In this document: one piece after another, positions 1 to 8,804 of the stretch | How positions within the stretch are numbered: position 1 is the stretch's first letter | Layout: each line of letters opens with the position of its first letter | NCBI GenBank assembly: GCA_913040915.1 | Contig: CAJWHW010000001.1 | Coordinates: forward strand, 1-64,000 | Reading direction: 5' to 3' | Length of the DNA: 64,000 nt | Source of the DNA: an uncultured Fidelibacterota bacterium | Lineage (GTDB): Bacteria > Fidelibacterota > Marinisomatia > Marinisomatales > UBA1611 | Program-made: the position numbers and the translations under genes | Notes under the pieces: model-generated | Seen by the model: only the letters and a program-made list of their open reading frames with translations | Told to the model about the DNA's origin: nothing | Databases searched by the model: none

Positions 1-2
1 GA

Positions 3-698
3 CTCCGCATCCCCCTTACCTCGGATTACCGCCTGAACTTAGGGTTCACCCACATTGAAAGGTTACCGGATTGGGACAAGCGGTATTGGGCTGGTCATCC
101 AGGATTTACACTGGGGCTTGATATGGCTGTTCCAAGAGCACCCAGACGCAGATTAGAAGTAGGACCATCCGGCCCAACTAATTTGTATGGGCCTTCAGGA
201 GTTGCGCCTGGGATGGAAAATGTACCGTTACATCGGGACTCCACAATAACTATGGCTAATATCGCCGTTGAAACTCTACGAGATTCCATGGCACTAATGA
301 ATAATGAAATGAGAAATCTTTTAGTCCGATTATCGGCAATGGAACAAAATTCTAAATTTTTGACTGATTCATTGAATTCATTACAGTTAGAAACAAATGT
401 TTCAGAAAAAAATATGAATGAAGCATTAAGACATTTATCTAAGTCATTGAGATACTTTTATGCTGGAGATTACCGGGAGGCTTTGAAAGAAGTAGACCTG
501 GCTTTAGAATTAAATCCTAATTTGGCGTTAGCCTATGCCCGCAGAGGGTCAATCTATTATAAATTAGGGGATGTGCAGAGAGCTACTATTAATTGGAATT
601 TAGCACTACGATTGGATCCAGAGTATACAGACGTGAGGAATATTCTAAAAGCTCTACATGAAAATAAAATAAAATCAGCAAGTTTGAACGAGGAATAA
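3..698 (+). CDS. 5'-truncated protein: probable outer-membrane beta-strand region, coiled coil and C-terminal TPR repeats
   Basis: The frame of ORF 123..698 is open back to base 3 (LRIPLTSDYRLNLGFTHIERLPDWDKRYWAGHPGFTLGLD), so the gene probably starts before the window. TPR pattern ALELNPNLALAYARRGSIYYKLG...ALRLDPEY. Confidence 0.75.
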   Translation, partial: LRIPLTSDYRLNLGFTHIERLPDWDKRYWAGHPGFTLGLDMAVPRAPRRRLEVGPSGPTNLYGPSGVAPGMENVPLHRDSTITMANIAVETLRDSMALMNNEMRNLLVRLSAMEQNSKFLTDSLNSLQLETNVSEKNMNEALRHLSKSLRYFYAGDYREALKEVDLALELNPNLALAYARRGSIYYKLGDVQRATINWNLALRLDPEYTDVRNILKALHENKIKSASLNEE

Positions 699-702
699 TT
701 TT

Positions 703-1488
703 ATGGATATTGCTCTAATTATTGGCGTTGTACTAGGAATGGTTTTTATGATAGGCAGTATTGCCTATGCATTATTTGTTGAGGGTGCCGCAGGTGGTTT
801 TGGCAACTTTGTCTCCATTCCAAGTTTTGGAATTGTATTTGGAGGTATGTTGGCATCAGTTATGGTTGCTTTTCCAATGTACCACGTTGCTGCGCTTGGT
901 AAAGCTATAGGAGCTGTACTAAAACCTGCAGATGATAAAATGGGACCTTTAGTAGATGAAGCATGTGAAATTGCTGAATCTGCCCGAAAAGGTGCTGCTG
1001 ATCTTGAAAAGGCTGTGGATACCATTAGAACTTATTTCTTTAAAGATGGTGTCCAAATGGTTGTAGATGGCTATTCACTAGAAGAAGTAACTGAAATTAT
1101 GGAGACTAGAATTGAATATCGTGAAAAACGCGAAAAGGTACAGACTGACATGCTAAAAGCAATGGGTGACTTATCTCCTGCATGGGGCATGGTCGGTACT
1201 TTGATAGGCTTGGTCCTGATGTTGGCGGGTTTTGGTGGTGAAGGTGGAGCGGATAATTTAGGTGGGGGTATGGCAGCGGCTTTGATTACTACTCTTTATG
1301 GTGCTGTATTTGCAAATTTATTTTTTCTTCCTATGGCTCAAAAAATGGGAAATAAAACGACACAAACATCTATGTCAGCATGTCTATTGGTAGAGGCTTC
1401 CAGACTCATTCATCAAAAAAAACACCCTTTAATTGTTCGAGAAAAGTTGAATTCCTTTATTCCCCCTTCGGAGTGGAAACGGGAGTAA
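703..1488 (+). CDS. motA: Stator A subunit, MotA/PomA family
   Basis: Four hydrophobic segments; motifs FFKDGVQMVVDG, SPAWGMVGTLIGLVLML, ALITTLYGAVFANLFFLP. Confidence 0.93.
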   Translation: MDIALIIGVVLGMVFMIGSIAYALFVEGAAGGFGNFVSIPSFGIVFGGMLASVMVAFPMYHVAALGKAIGAVLKPADDKMGPLVDEACEIAESARKGAADLEKAVDTIRTYFFKDGVQMVVDGYSLEEVTEIMETRIEYREKREKVQTDMLKAMGDLSPAWGMVGTLIGLVLMLAGFGGEGGADNLGGGMAAALITTLYGAVFANLFFLPMAQKMGNKTTQTSMSACLLVEASRLIHQKKHPLIVREKLNSFIPPSEWKRE

Positions 1489-1493
1489 TCTAA

Positions 1494-2390
1494 ATGGCTA
1501 TGACACCAGGTGAAAAAAAGGCCTTTGGCAAAGGTTTTGAAGAAGGGGTAAACTCAGTAGAAGAGGGCTTACCGGGTTGGTTTGGTACTTTTGCGGACAT
1601 GATGACACTTCTTTTTGCCTTTTTCGTACTTTTGGCAGCAATCTCAACCATGGATCCTGTTAAATTACAAGAAATGGCCAATTCACAGGGGAAGTCATTG
1701 GGGAGTAAAATCAAGGCTGAAGGTAAAGCAGAAGAAGAAGGTGAATTTGAGCCAATCGAAAATTTAGCCCAAATGAAAAAAGAGCTGCAGGAAGCCATAG
1801 AAGAAATGAAAAAAGAAAACCCTGCGGGTGATCCACCAATTGATATTCAGACTAGTTCAAAAGGGTTGATAGTTAATATCAAAGGAGACTTTGCATTCCC
1901 ATCTGGTAAAGCAGACATGAAAACTGAACTAAAAGGTTTAATGGATGAGGAGATAATTCCAAGAATATTAGCAAGCCCTTTTCAAGTTGAAGTTGCGGGG
2001 CACTCTGATGCTGACCCTATGCCTCCTAAATGGAAGAAGTTTTATGCCAGCAATTGGGAGCTTTCTGCTGCCCGTGGAGCAACTTGTGTAAGGTATATGA
2101 TAGAAAAAGGAGTACCTGCTCCCAGGCTTTTAGCTGCAGGTTATGGAGATTGGTATCCTAAGGGGTTAGATAGTATAAAAAAAGTTAATCCTATGTATAA
2201 TCCCTTAACATTGACTTGGGAAGATCCGGTTATAAGGACTGATAAAGATGGAAGGGAAATAAAAATGCCGACGGTAATGTCCTTAAATTCTAATAAAAAA
2301 CAAAAGGCTTTGAATAGAAGAATTCAAGTTACATTTATTAATCCTCCTCATCATGGAAAAGGACGTTCAGGTACCAGTTATGAGGAATAA
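1494..2390 (+). CDS. motB: Stator B subunit, MotB/PomB family, with OmpA-like peptidoglycan-binding domain
   Basis: TM motif WFGTFADMMTLLFAFFVLL with the conserved Asp; GHSD...NWELSAARG...AAGYG...NRRI; follows motA. Confidence 0.93.
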   Translation: MAMTPGEKKAFGKGFEEGVNSVEEGLPGWFGTFADMMTLLFAFFVLLAAISTMDPVKLQEMANSQGKSLGSKIKAEGKAEEEGEFEPIENLAQMKKELQEAIEEMKKENPAGDPPIDIQTSSKGLIVNIKGDFAFPSGKADMKTELKGLMDEEIIPRILASPFQVEVAGHSDADPMPPKWKKFYASNWELSAARGATCVRYMIEKGVPAPRLLAAGYGDWYPKGLDSIKKVNPMYNPLTLTWEDPVIRTDKDGREIKMPTVMSLNSNKKQKALNRRIQVTFINPPHHGKGRSGTSYEE

Positions 2391-2443
2391 AATTATTCAA
2401 CCCGTATTCATATGCGGTAAAAACACATACCAAGGAGTTTCAC

Positions 2444-4186
2444 ATGAATAAGGTGAAAACAAATAAAATATCCATTATTGGAGCAGTTATAGCGGTCACA
2501 CTGCTCATTGGGCAAGGAGGAGGGTACTTATCACAAAAACTGATGGTGGAAAATAATATTCGTGGACGAGTAAAAGATGCTTTGTCCAAAATAATTGATT
2601 CCCAAAAGTATGTTATCAATGTTGATGTGGAATTAGAAGTTCTGGATGAAGTAAATGAACAGATCACGGTTTTTTCTCAACGCGATACTGATAATCGGGC
2701 TCCAACAACACCTGCAGAAAAAACAGCAGATGCGCTTGTCAAAATTCAGAAAAAAATGGCGATGGAGACTCAACAATCAGAAGAAAGTTATTCAGTAGGG
2801 CTTCCAATTCCTGGATTTGAAGTAGATGTTACCAAACCTAAAGCTGATGTATCGTCTATTACTCAATCAACGCCTATATCCCCTAGAACAATGGAGCCAA
2901 TGGATCTTACGACAGGTTCTGATAAATCAGATGAAGAAATGGTGGATAAGGTACTGTCACGCAAGCGTCCTTCACGAGCGCAAGTGAAGCGTATGGATTT
3001 AACACTTATTCTTCAGGAAGGGGCAGCGCCTGAATTAATTGAAAATATTCGTCAGCTTGCAATGGCTGCATCTAAGTTTGATCGTAACCGCGGAGATAAA
3101 CTTACTATAATGACTGCCAGTTTTAAAGAGCGGAGAGACCAGCGCTCTGCTGAGCAGATTATGTTAAAAAATATTGCTGAAAAAATTGATCTTTTAGAGA
3201 AAAAACGAGTTGCTGAAAACACAGATTGGCGAGATGAAATACAAAAATATCGTGATGAAGAGACAGCTCGACGCCAAGAAGATAAATCTTTCTTTGAAAA
3301 ACAGCTTAACCAGATGGAAGAACAAGCAAGGGCAGAGGCCTATGCTCAAGAAAAGAAAGAAATGCTTCGACGAGATTCCTTGAAAGTAGCCAAACTGAAT
3401 AATGAAATTTCTGCATTGAAAGACATGCTAACTATTACACATGAAGAAGATGCTGAAAAGCAATCAAAGGTGGATTCCACCCGCTTTGCAATGCTGGATA
3501 ATGAGTTGCAAAGTCTTAGACGAATGCTGCTTCAAGCTATTTTAAAAGATTCTATAGAAGCTCAGCAGCAAGCACAGGCACAAATCGAATTAGAATTAGC
3601 ATCTAGAGAAGAAGAAAAAGCAAAGCGTGATTCATTAATTGAAGAAAAAATAATGGCACTTGAAGGTGTGCAAACAGAATTAGATGCACTACAAGCTGAG
3701 CGATCAGAAGGCTTAGGCACTTCCCAATTATTATTAATAGCTTTTGGACTTTTATTAATAATTCTTATGGTGGCACTTGTTTTTGTTATGAACCGTAATA
3801 AGCAACAAGCGCCTATGCCCCCATGGATGTATCCACCACCACCACGTCAGCGCAGGAAAAGGCCGAAGAAAAAGCTAAACAAAGCAAAAAAAGAAGAAAA
3901 AGATGAACCAATAAAGGACGAAGTAAAAGAAGAGCCAAAAGAAGAGCCAAAAGAAACACCTGCCGCTATACAAGAACCGGTAGTGCAGCAAGCTACGGGT
4001 GATGATCCAAATGTATTAAAAAGCGAAATTGATGATATCCGAAAATCGGTTGTATCTATGAGTGTGGGGCAACCAGAAAGAACTGCATCCATTGTTAAAG
4101 AATGGTTAGAACAGCCGGCACCGGAGCCTCCTGCAGCACCTGAAACACCTGATGATGATGGCGCTGAAGAAGAGGACGAAGGCTAA
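2444..4186 (+). CDS. Divergent FliF (MS-ring)-like protein: RBM3 only, long coiled coil, one C-terminal TM and FliG-binding tail
   Basis: Split-RBM3-like segments (VKDALSKIIDSQKYVINVDVEL; LPIPG; VKRMDLTLIL...AASKFDRNRGDKLTI), TM at about aa 429-449, C-terminal PERTASIVKEWL, directly upstream of fliG. Confidence 0.7.
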   Translation: MNKVKTNKISIIGAVIAVTLLIGQGGGYLSQKLMVENNIRGRVKDALSKIIDSQKYVINVDVELEVLDEVNEQITVFSQRDTDNRAPTTPAEKTADALVKIQKKMAMETQQSEESYSVGLPIPGFEVDVTKPKADVSSITQSTPISPRTMEPMDLTTGSDKSDEEMVDKVLSRKRPSRAQVKRMDLTLILQEGAAPELIENIRQLAMAASKFDRNRGDKLTIMTASFKERRDQRSAEQIMLKNIAEKIDLLEKKRVAENTDWRDEIQKYRDEETARRQEDKSFFEKQLNQMEEQARAEAYAQEKKEMLRRDSLKVAKLNNEISALKDMLTITHEEDAEKQSKVDSTRFAMLDNELQSLRRMLLQAILKDSIEAQQQAQAQIELELASREEEKAKRDSLIEEKIMALEGVQTELDALQAERSEGLGTSQLLLIAFGLLLIILMVALVFVMNRNKQQAPMPPWMYPPPPRQRRKRPKKKLNKAKKEEKDEPIKDEVKEEPKEEPKETPAAIQEPVVQQATGDDPNVLKSEIDDIRKSVVSMSVGQPERTASIVKEWLEQPAPEPPAAPETPDDDGAEEEDEG

Positions 4187-4203
4187 GAAGAAGGAAAGAA
4201 ATT

Positions 4204-5139
4204 ATGATCAATGACTATCACATGCTCTCAGGACTTCAAAAAGTAGCTATTCTTTTTTCTGTTGTAGGGGAAAGCCTTGCGCTTTCTCTAGTAAAAGGAT
4301 TGTCAAAAACAGAAGTTCGAAAAATTCGATCTACTTTGCGTGAAATGGGTTCTGTATCCTTCTTAGTGAAAAAAAGGGTTATGGAAGAATTTTATTTTGG
4401 ATTTTTAAGTGAACAGTTTAATGGCAATACCCAAGAAGATGGCCCTATCCAACCTTTTGAGTTTTTAACAGAATTGCAAGATGAGCAATTACTAGCCTTG
4501 TTAAACAAGGAGGACCCACCGGTTGTAGCAATGGTTTTAGCTCAACTTGAGCCCGAAAAAAGGATGCTAATTCTGGATAAAGTAGACCCAATTGAAAAAG
4601 GTCAAATTTTGATAGAATTAGGCTCGTTAGAAGATATTCCTTTGGAAGGCATAATTGAAGTTGCAGCTCGATTAAAGGAAAAATCTTCTTATTTACCTCG
4701 GACTACAGAATTTTCTCGTGGCGGCGCAAAAGAAATAGCTGATTTAATTGGTGAAATGAGTGCCGATGATGCTGAAAGGTATATGCAGACCTTACAAAAT
4801 GAAAATCCAGAGCTTTATAAAGAAGTTAAATTGCTTGTGCTTACCTTTGAAGATATTCTAGGCAATTTCCCAGATGGGATATTGCGTGACCTGATGAACT
4901 CTGTTGAGCTCGATGACTTGGCAATGGCAATGAAAGGAATTGATCAAGAAACTGTGGATAGGGTAATAGGAAATCTTCCACAAAAGAAACAGGCAATGTT
5001 TGAACCGGTTGAAGGGCCAAAGCCTAAACGCGAAGTTGATAATGCAAGAAAGATTATAGTGTCAGCTGCCAAACAGATGGAAAAAGACGGAGCATTTAAT
5101 TTAGCTGACATGATGGGTGGTGGAGAAATGGTCGAATAA
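4204..5139 (+). CDS. fliG: Rotor protein FliG (divergent)
   Basis: LSGLQKVAIL N-terminus, EDPPVVAMVLAQL (EHPQ-box equivalent), GG linker, LTFEDI (MFxF equivalent), LAMAMKG, GPKPKREVDNARKII. Confidence 0.88.
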   Translation: MINDYHMLSGLQKVAILFSVVGESLALSLVKGLSKTEVRKIRSTLREMGSVSFLVKKRVMEEFYFGFLSEQFNGNTQEDGPIQPFEFLTELQDEQLLALLNKEDPPVVAMVLAQLEPEKRMLILDKVDPIEKGQILIELGSLEDIPLEGIIEVAARLKEKSSYLPRTTEFSRGGAKEIADLIGEMSADDAERYMQTLQNENPELYKEVKLLVLTFEDILGNFPDGILRDLMNSVELDDLAMAMKGIDQETVDRVIGNLPQKKQAMFEPVEGPKPKREVDNARKIIVSAAKQMEKDGAFNLADMMGGGEMVE

Positions 5140-5170
5140 TTAAACAGTTTTCCTATAAATTAATTAAAGA

Positions 5171-5198
5171 GCCCCTTTTCAATGAATAGGGGTTTTTT
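5171..5198 (+). terminator. Probable intrinsic terminator closing the motor operon
   Basis: GCCCCT...AGGGGT stem followed by a T-tract, about 30 nt after the fliG stop. Confidence 0.65.
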
Positions 5199-5224
5199 AT
5201 AATAATTACTTTATAATTTTATAT

Positions 5225-6052
5225 GTGAAAACTCGTAGAATTATTCAAATCATAGAAGGTGTAAAAACCACAGATGGGGCAGGTGTACACCTTACTAGAT
5301 TAATTGGTGCGCCAGATTTAAAGATGTTAGATCCATTTTTACTGTTTGACGAGTTTGGCACGGATAATCCAGATGACTATATTGCAGGATTTCCATCGCA
5401 TCCTCACCGAGGTTTTGAAACTATTACTTATATGTTAAAGGGCAAATGGGAACATAGTGATTCAAAAGGTAATAGAGGAATATTAACAGATGGATCTGTT
5501 CAATGGATGACTGCTGGGCGGGGTATTATTCATAGTGAAATGCCTATCCAAACTGATGGGCTGGCCCGAGGTTTCCAACTCTGGTTAAATCTTCCAAAAG
5601 AAAAAAAAATGATCGCACCAGCTTATCAGGATATCCACAGGGACCAGATCCCTACAGTAATGAAAGAAAGAGTCCGCGCACGGGTCATTTCAGGGCAATA
5701 TGAAGGGATTACTGGGCCAGGAAAATCACACACACCAGTACTCATTCTTGATATCCATTTAAAACCTAAAACAAAAACATTTGTTCATATTCCAAGCGGT
5801 TGGAATACTTTTGTATATATTTACAAGGGCGCTGTTTCCCTAAGTGAAATTTTGTCAAAAGGTCAACTAGCTGTTTTCACACAGGTAGGAGAAATGGTAA
5901 TACAAACAGAAGATTTAGAATCTAAAGTTTACCTTGTAGCAGGTGAGCCGCTAAATGAACCAGTATCCCGTGGTGGACCTTTTGTCATGAATACAAGTGG
6001 CGAAATAATACAAGCTTTTGCTGATTATGAATCAGGTAAAATAGACTTGTAG
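5225..6052 (+). CDS. Pirin family protein
   Basis: DPFLLFD, GFPSHPHRGFETITY, QWMTAGRGIIHSEMP, QLWLNLP, GPFVMN. Confidence 0.95.
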   Translation: MKTRRIIQIIEGVKTTDGAGVHLTRLIGAPDLKMLDPFLLFDEFGTDNPDDYIAGFPSHPHRGFETITYMLKGKWEHSDSKGNRGILTDGSVQWMTAGRGIIHSEMPIQTDGLARGFQLWLNLPKEKKMIAPAYQDIHRDQIPTVMKERVRARVISGQYEGITGPGKSHTPVLILDIHLKPKTKTFVHIPSGWNTFVYIYKGAVSLSEILSKGQLAVFTQVGEMVIQTEDLESKVYLVAGEPLNEPVSRGGPFVMNTSGEIIQAFADYESGKIDL

Positions 6053-6055
6053 GTT

Positions 6056-8752
6056 TTATCCTAAGCTTGCTTGGGCCGCTGCCAACCTTGCAATAGGCAC
6101 TCGGAAAGGAGAACAACTTACATAATCTAAGCCACTCTCTTTGCAAAAATGAATAGATGAAGGGTCTCCACCATGTTCACCACAAATTCCAATCTTTAAA
6201 TCATTATTTACACCACGTCCCAGCTTAACAGCCATTGAAACGAGCTTGCCTACTCCAGTTATATCTAAGCTTTGAAAAGGATCGCCAGTTAAAACATTTC
6301 GTTCTAAATAGTCAGGTAGAAAAGAGGCAATATCATCTCGACTAAAACCGTAAGTTGTTTGAGTAAGATCGTTTGTGCCAAAACTAAAAAATTCTGCATG
6401 TTCTGCAATTTCATCTGCGGTCAGACAAGCTCTAGGAAGTTCAATCATAGTTCCTACTAAATATTCAAGCTTAATACCTAATTCATTTTCGATATCTTTT
6501 GCAACGGTTCGGATAATTTTTTCTTGATCTGTATATTCAGTAACGGTCCCTACAAGTGGAATCATAATTTCAGGAGATACAGAAACATTGTCTTGAGTGA
6601 GTTCAGCTGTGGCCTCTAAAATGGCTCTAGCCTGCATCTCTGTAATTTCTGGATAAGCAATCCCCAATCTACAGCCCCGATGACCTAGCATTGGATTTAA
6701 TTCATGAAGTCCAGCAATGCGCTTTTCTACTTTGGAGGTTTCTAGGCTCACATGAGTTGCTAATTCTTCTATCTGATTTCTTGTTAGAGTCATGAATTCA
6801 TGAAGAGGAGGGTCCAAAAGCCGTATAGTTACTGGCTTTCCTTCCATTGCTTTTAAGATTCCCTTAAAGTCTTCTTTTTGAAAAGGAAGCAGTTCCATCA
6901 CAGCGGCTCTTCGGTCTGATTGATTATCAGCCAAAATCATTTTTCTCATAGCTAATATTCGTGTTTCATCAAAGAACATGTGTTCTGTACGACAAAGCCC
7001 AATTCCCTCGGCCCCAAATTGGATTGCCTGTGCAGCATCTGCTGGGCTTTCGGCATTAGTTCTTATTTTTAATGAACGAAACTCATCTGCCCATACCATT
7101 AATTCTTTGTATTCTTTATGAGTATCGGGGTCTGCGGGAATAAGATCTACCTGTTCTGCGTAAAGGTGTCCCACTGTACCATTCATGGTTACCCAATCTC
7201 CTTCTTTTAAAATAATATCTCCAATGGATACTTCTTTCGCAGCTACGTTAATGTGTAAATCACTACAACCAACGATACAGCATTTTCCCCATCCTCGAGC
7301 TACTAGTGCAGCATGAGATGTCATCCCGCCTTTGGCAGTAAGAATGGCTTCAGCAGCATGCATGCCATGGACATCTTCTGGAGAGGTTTCTTCCCGTATT
7401 AAAATCACTTGTTCTCCCTTCTTGTGCCATTCTTCTGCATCATCAGCTGTAAAAACAACTCGTCCTTTAGCGCCACCAGGACCTGCTGGTAACCCTTTTG
7501 CAAGCAAAGTTGAATTTTTTTCTGATTCTGCATCTAGCATGGGATGAAGTAATTCATCAAGTTGTTCCGGATTCACTCGCATGATGGCCGTCTTCTTATC
7601 AATCAGGCCTTCGTTAGCCATATCAACAGCCATTTTAATTGCTGCACTACCATTTCGTTTTCCAACCCGAGTTTGAAGCATCCATAGTCTTCCTTCTTGG
7701 ATCGTAAACTCAATATCCTGCATATCCCTATAATGTTTTTCTAAATTAGTTCGAATATTATCTAATTGTGTGTACAGTTCTGGCATAGATGATTCTAAGG
7801 AAGGCAGTTCCTGAGTATCTGCTGTCTTTGTTGCCTCATTTAACGGATTTGGTGTTCGTAGACCTGCCACCACATCTTCACCTTGAGCATTTGTCAGCCA
7901 CTCTCCAAAAAATTTATTTTCTCCAGTTGCGGGGTTACGGGTAAATGCAACACCAGTGGCCGAATTGTTACCCATATTGCCAAATACCATAGATTGTACA
8001 TTAACAGCGGTTCCCCATTCATCAGGTATATTTTCTATCCGGCGATAATTAATAGCTCGTACGCCATTCCAGCTTTGAAAAACTGCTTTAATGCCACCCC
8101 ATAGTTGTTCCATTGGTTCATCTGGAAATTCAGCATTCAGAGTTGTTTTTATTTCAGATTTAAATGAATTAGTTAGTGTTTTCCAATCATCAGCTGAAAG
8201 ATCCGTATCGTTAGTGTAATTATTTTGCTTTTTATAATCATCAAGTAATGACTCTAGCCTATGGCGGATACCTTGACCGTCTTTCGCTTCAATCCCTGCA
8301 GCTTTTTCCATAACCACATCTGCATACATCATTATCAGTCGCCGGTAAGCATCATATACAAACCGGGGGTTATTTGTTTTTTTAATTAGGCCGGGTATAG
8401 TCTTTGTTGTAAGCCCAACGTTTAATACCGTTTCCATCATCCCCGGCATAGAAGAACGTGCACCAGAACGCACAGACACTAATAATGGATCATTTTCATT
8501 TCCAAATTTTGTGCCCATAATTTTTTCAGTAAAGGAAAGCGCTTCATTAACTTCCTGATCTAATTCACTCGGGAAAGAATGATTATTATTGTAATAGTAA
8601 GTACAAACTTCTGTGGTGATTGTAAACCCAGGGGGGACGGGGATATTCAAATGATTCATTTCTGCAAGATTAGCCCCTTTCCCGCCTAATAAATTTTTCA
8701 TGCCAGCTTTACCATCAGCTGTACTATTTCCAAACTGATATACGTATTTCAT
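6056..8752 (-). CDS. ppdK: Pyruvate, phosphate dikinase
   Basis: LLGGKGANLAEM, VSVRSGA, GGMTSHAA (phospho-His), GIGLCRTEHMF, FSFGTNDLTQ, GICGEHGG. Confidence 0.98.
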   Translation of the reverse strand: MKYVYQFGNSTADGKAGMKNLLGGKGANLAEMNHLNIPVPPGFTITTEVCTYYYNNNHSFPSELDQEVNEALSFTEKIMGTKFGNENDPLLVSVRSGARSSMPGMMETVLNVGLTTKTIPGLIKKTNNPRFVYDAYRRLIMMYADVVMEKAAGIEAKDGQGIRHRLESLLDDYKKQNNYTNDTDLSADDWKTLTNSFKSEIKTTLNAEFPDEPMEQLWGGIKAVFQSWNGVRAINYRRIENIPDEWGTAVNVQSMVFGNMGNNSATGVAFTRNPATGENKFFGEWLTNAQGEDVVAGLRTPNPLNEATKTADTQELPSLESSMPELYTQLDNIRTNLEKHYRDMQDIEFTIQEGRLWMLQTRVGKRNGSAAIKMAVDMANEGLIDKKTAIMRVNPEQLDELLHPMLDAESEKNSTLLAKGLPAGPGGAKGRVVFTADDAEEWHKKGEQVILIREETSPEDVHGMHAAEAILTAKGGMTSHAALVARGWGKCCIVGCSDLHINVAAKEVSIGDIILKEGDWVTMNGTVGHLYAEQVDLIPADPDTHKEYKELMVWADEFRSLKIRTNAESPADAAQAIQFGAEGIGLCRTEHMFFDETRILAMRKMILADNQSDRRAAVMELLPFQKEDFKGILKAMEGKPVTIRLLDPPLHEFMTLTRNQIEELATHVSLETSKVEKRIAGLHELNPMLGHRGCRLGIAYPEITEMQARAILEATAELTQDNVSVSPEIMIPLVGTVTEYTDQEKIIRTVAKDIENELGIKLEYLVGTMIELPRACLTADEIAEHAEFFSFGTNDLTQTTYGFSRDDIASFLPDYLERNVLTGDPFQSLDITGVGKLVSMAVKLGRGVNNDLKIGICGEHGGDPSSIHFCKESGLDYVSCSPFRVPIARLAAAQASLG

Positions 8753-8804
8753 CGTATTATCTCCAATAAATATAAAGTGCTAAAAAAGAGCCGAATTTAA
8801 TAGA

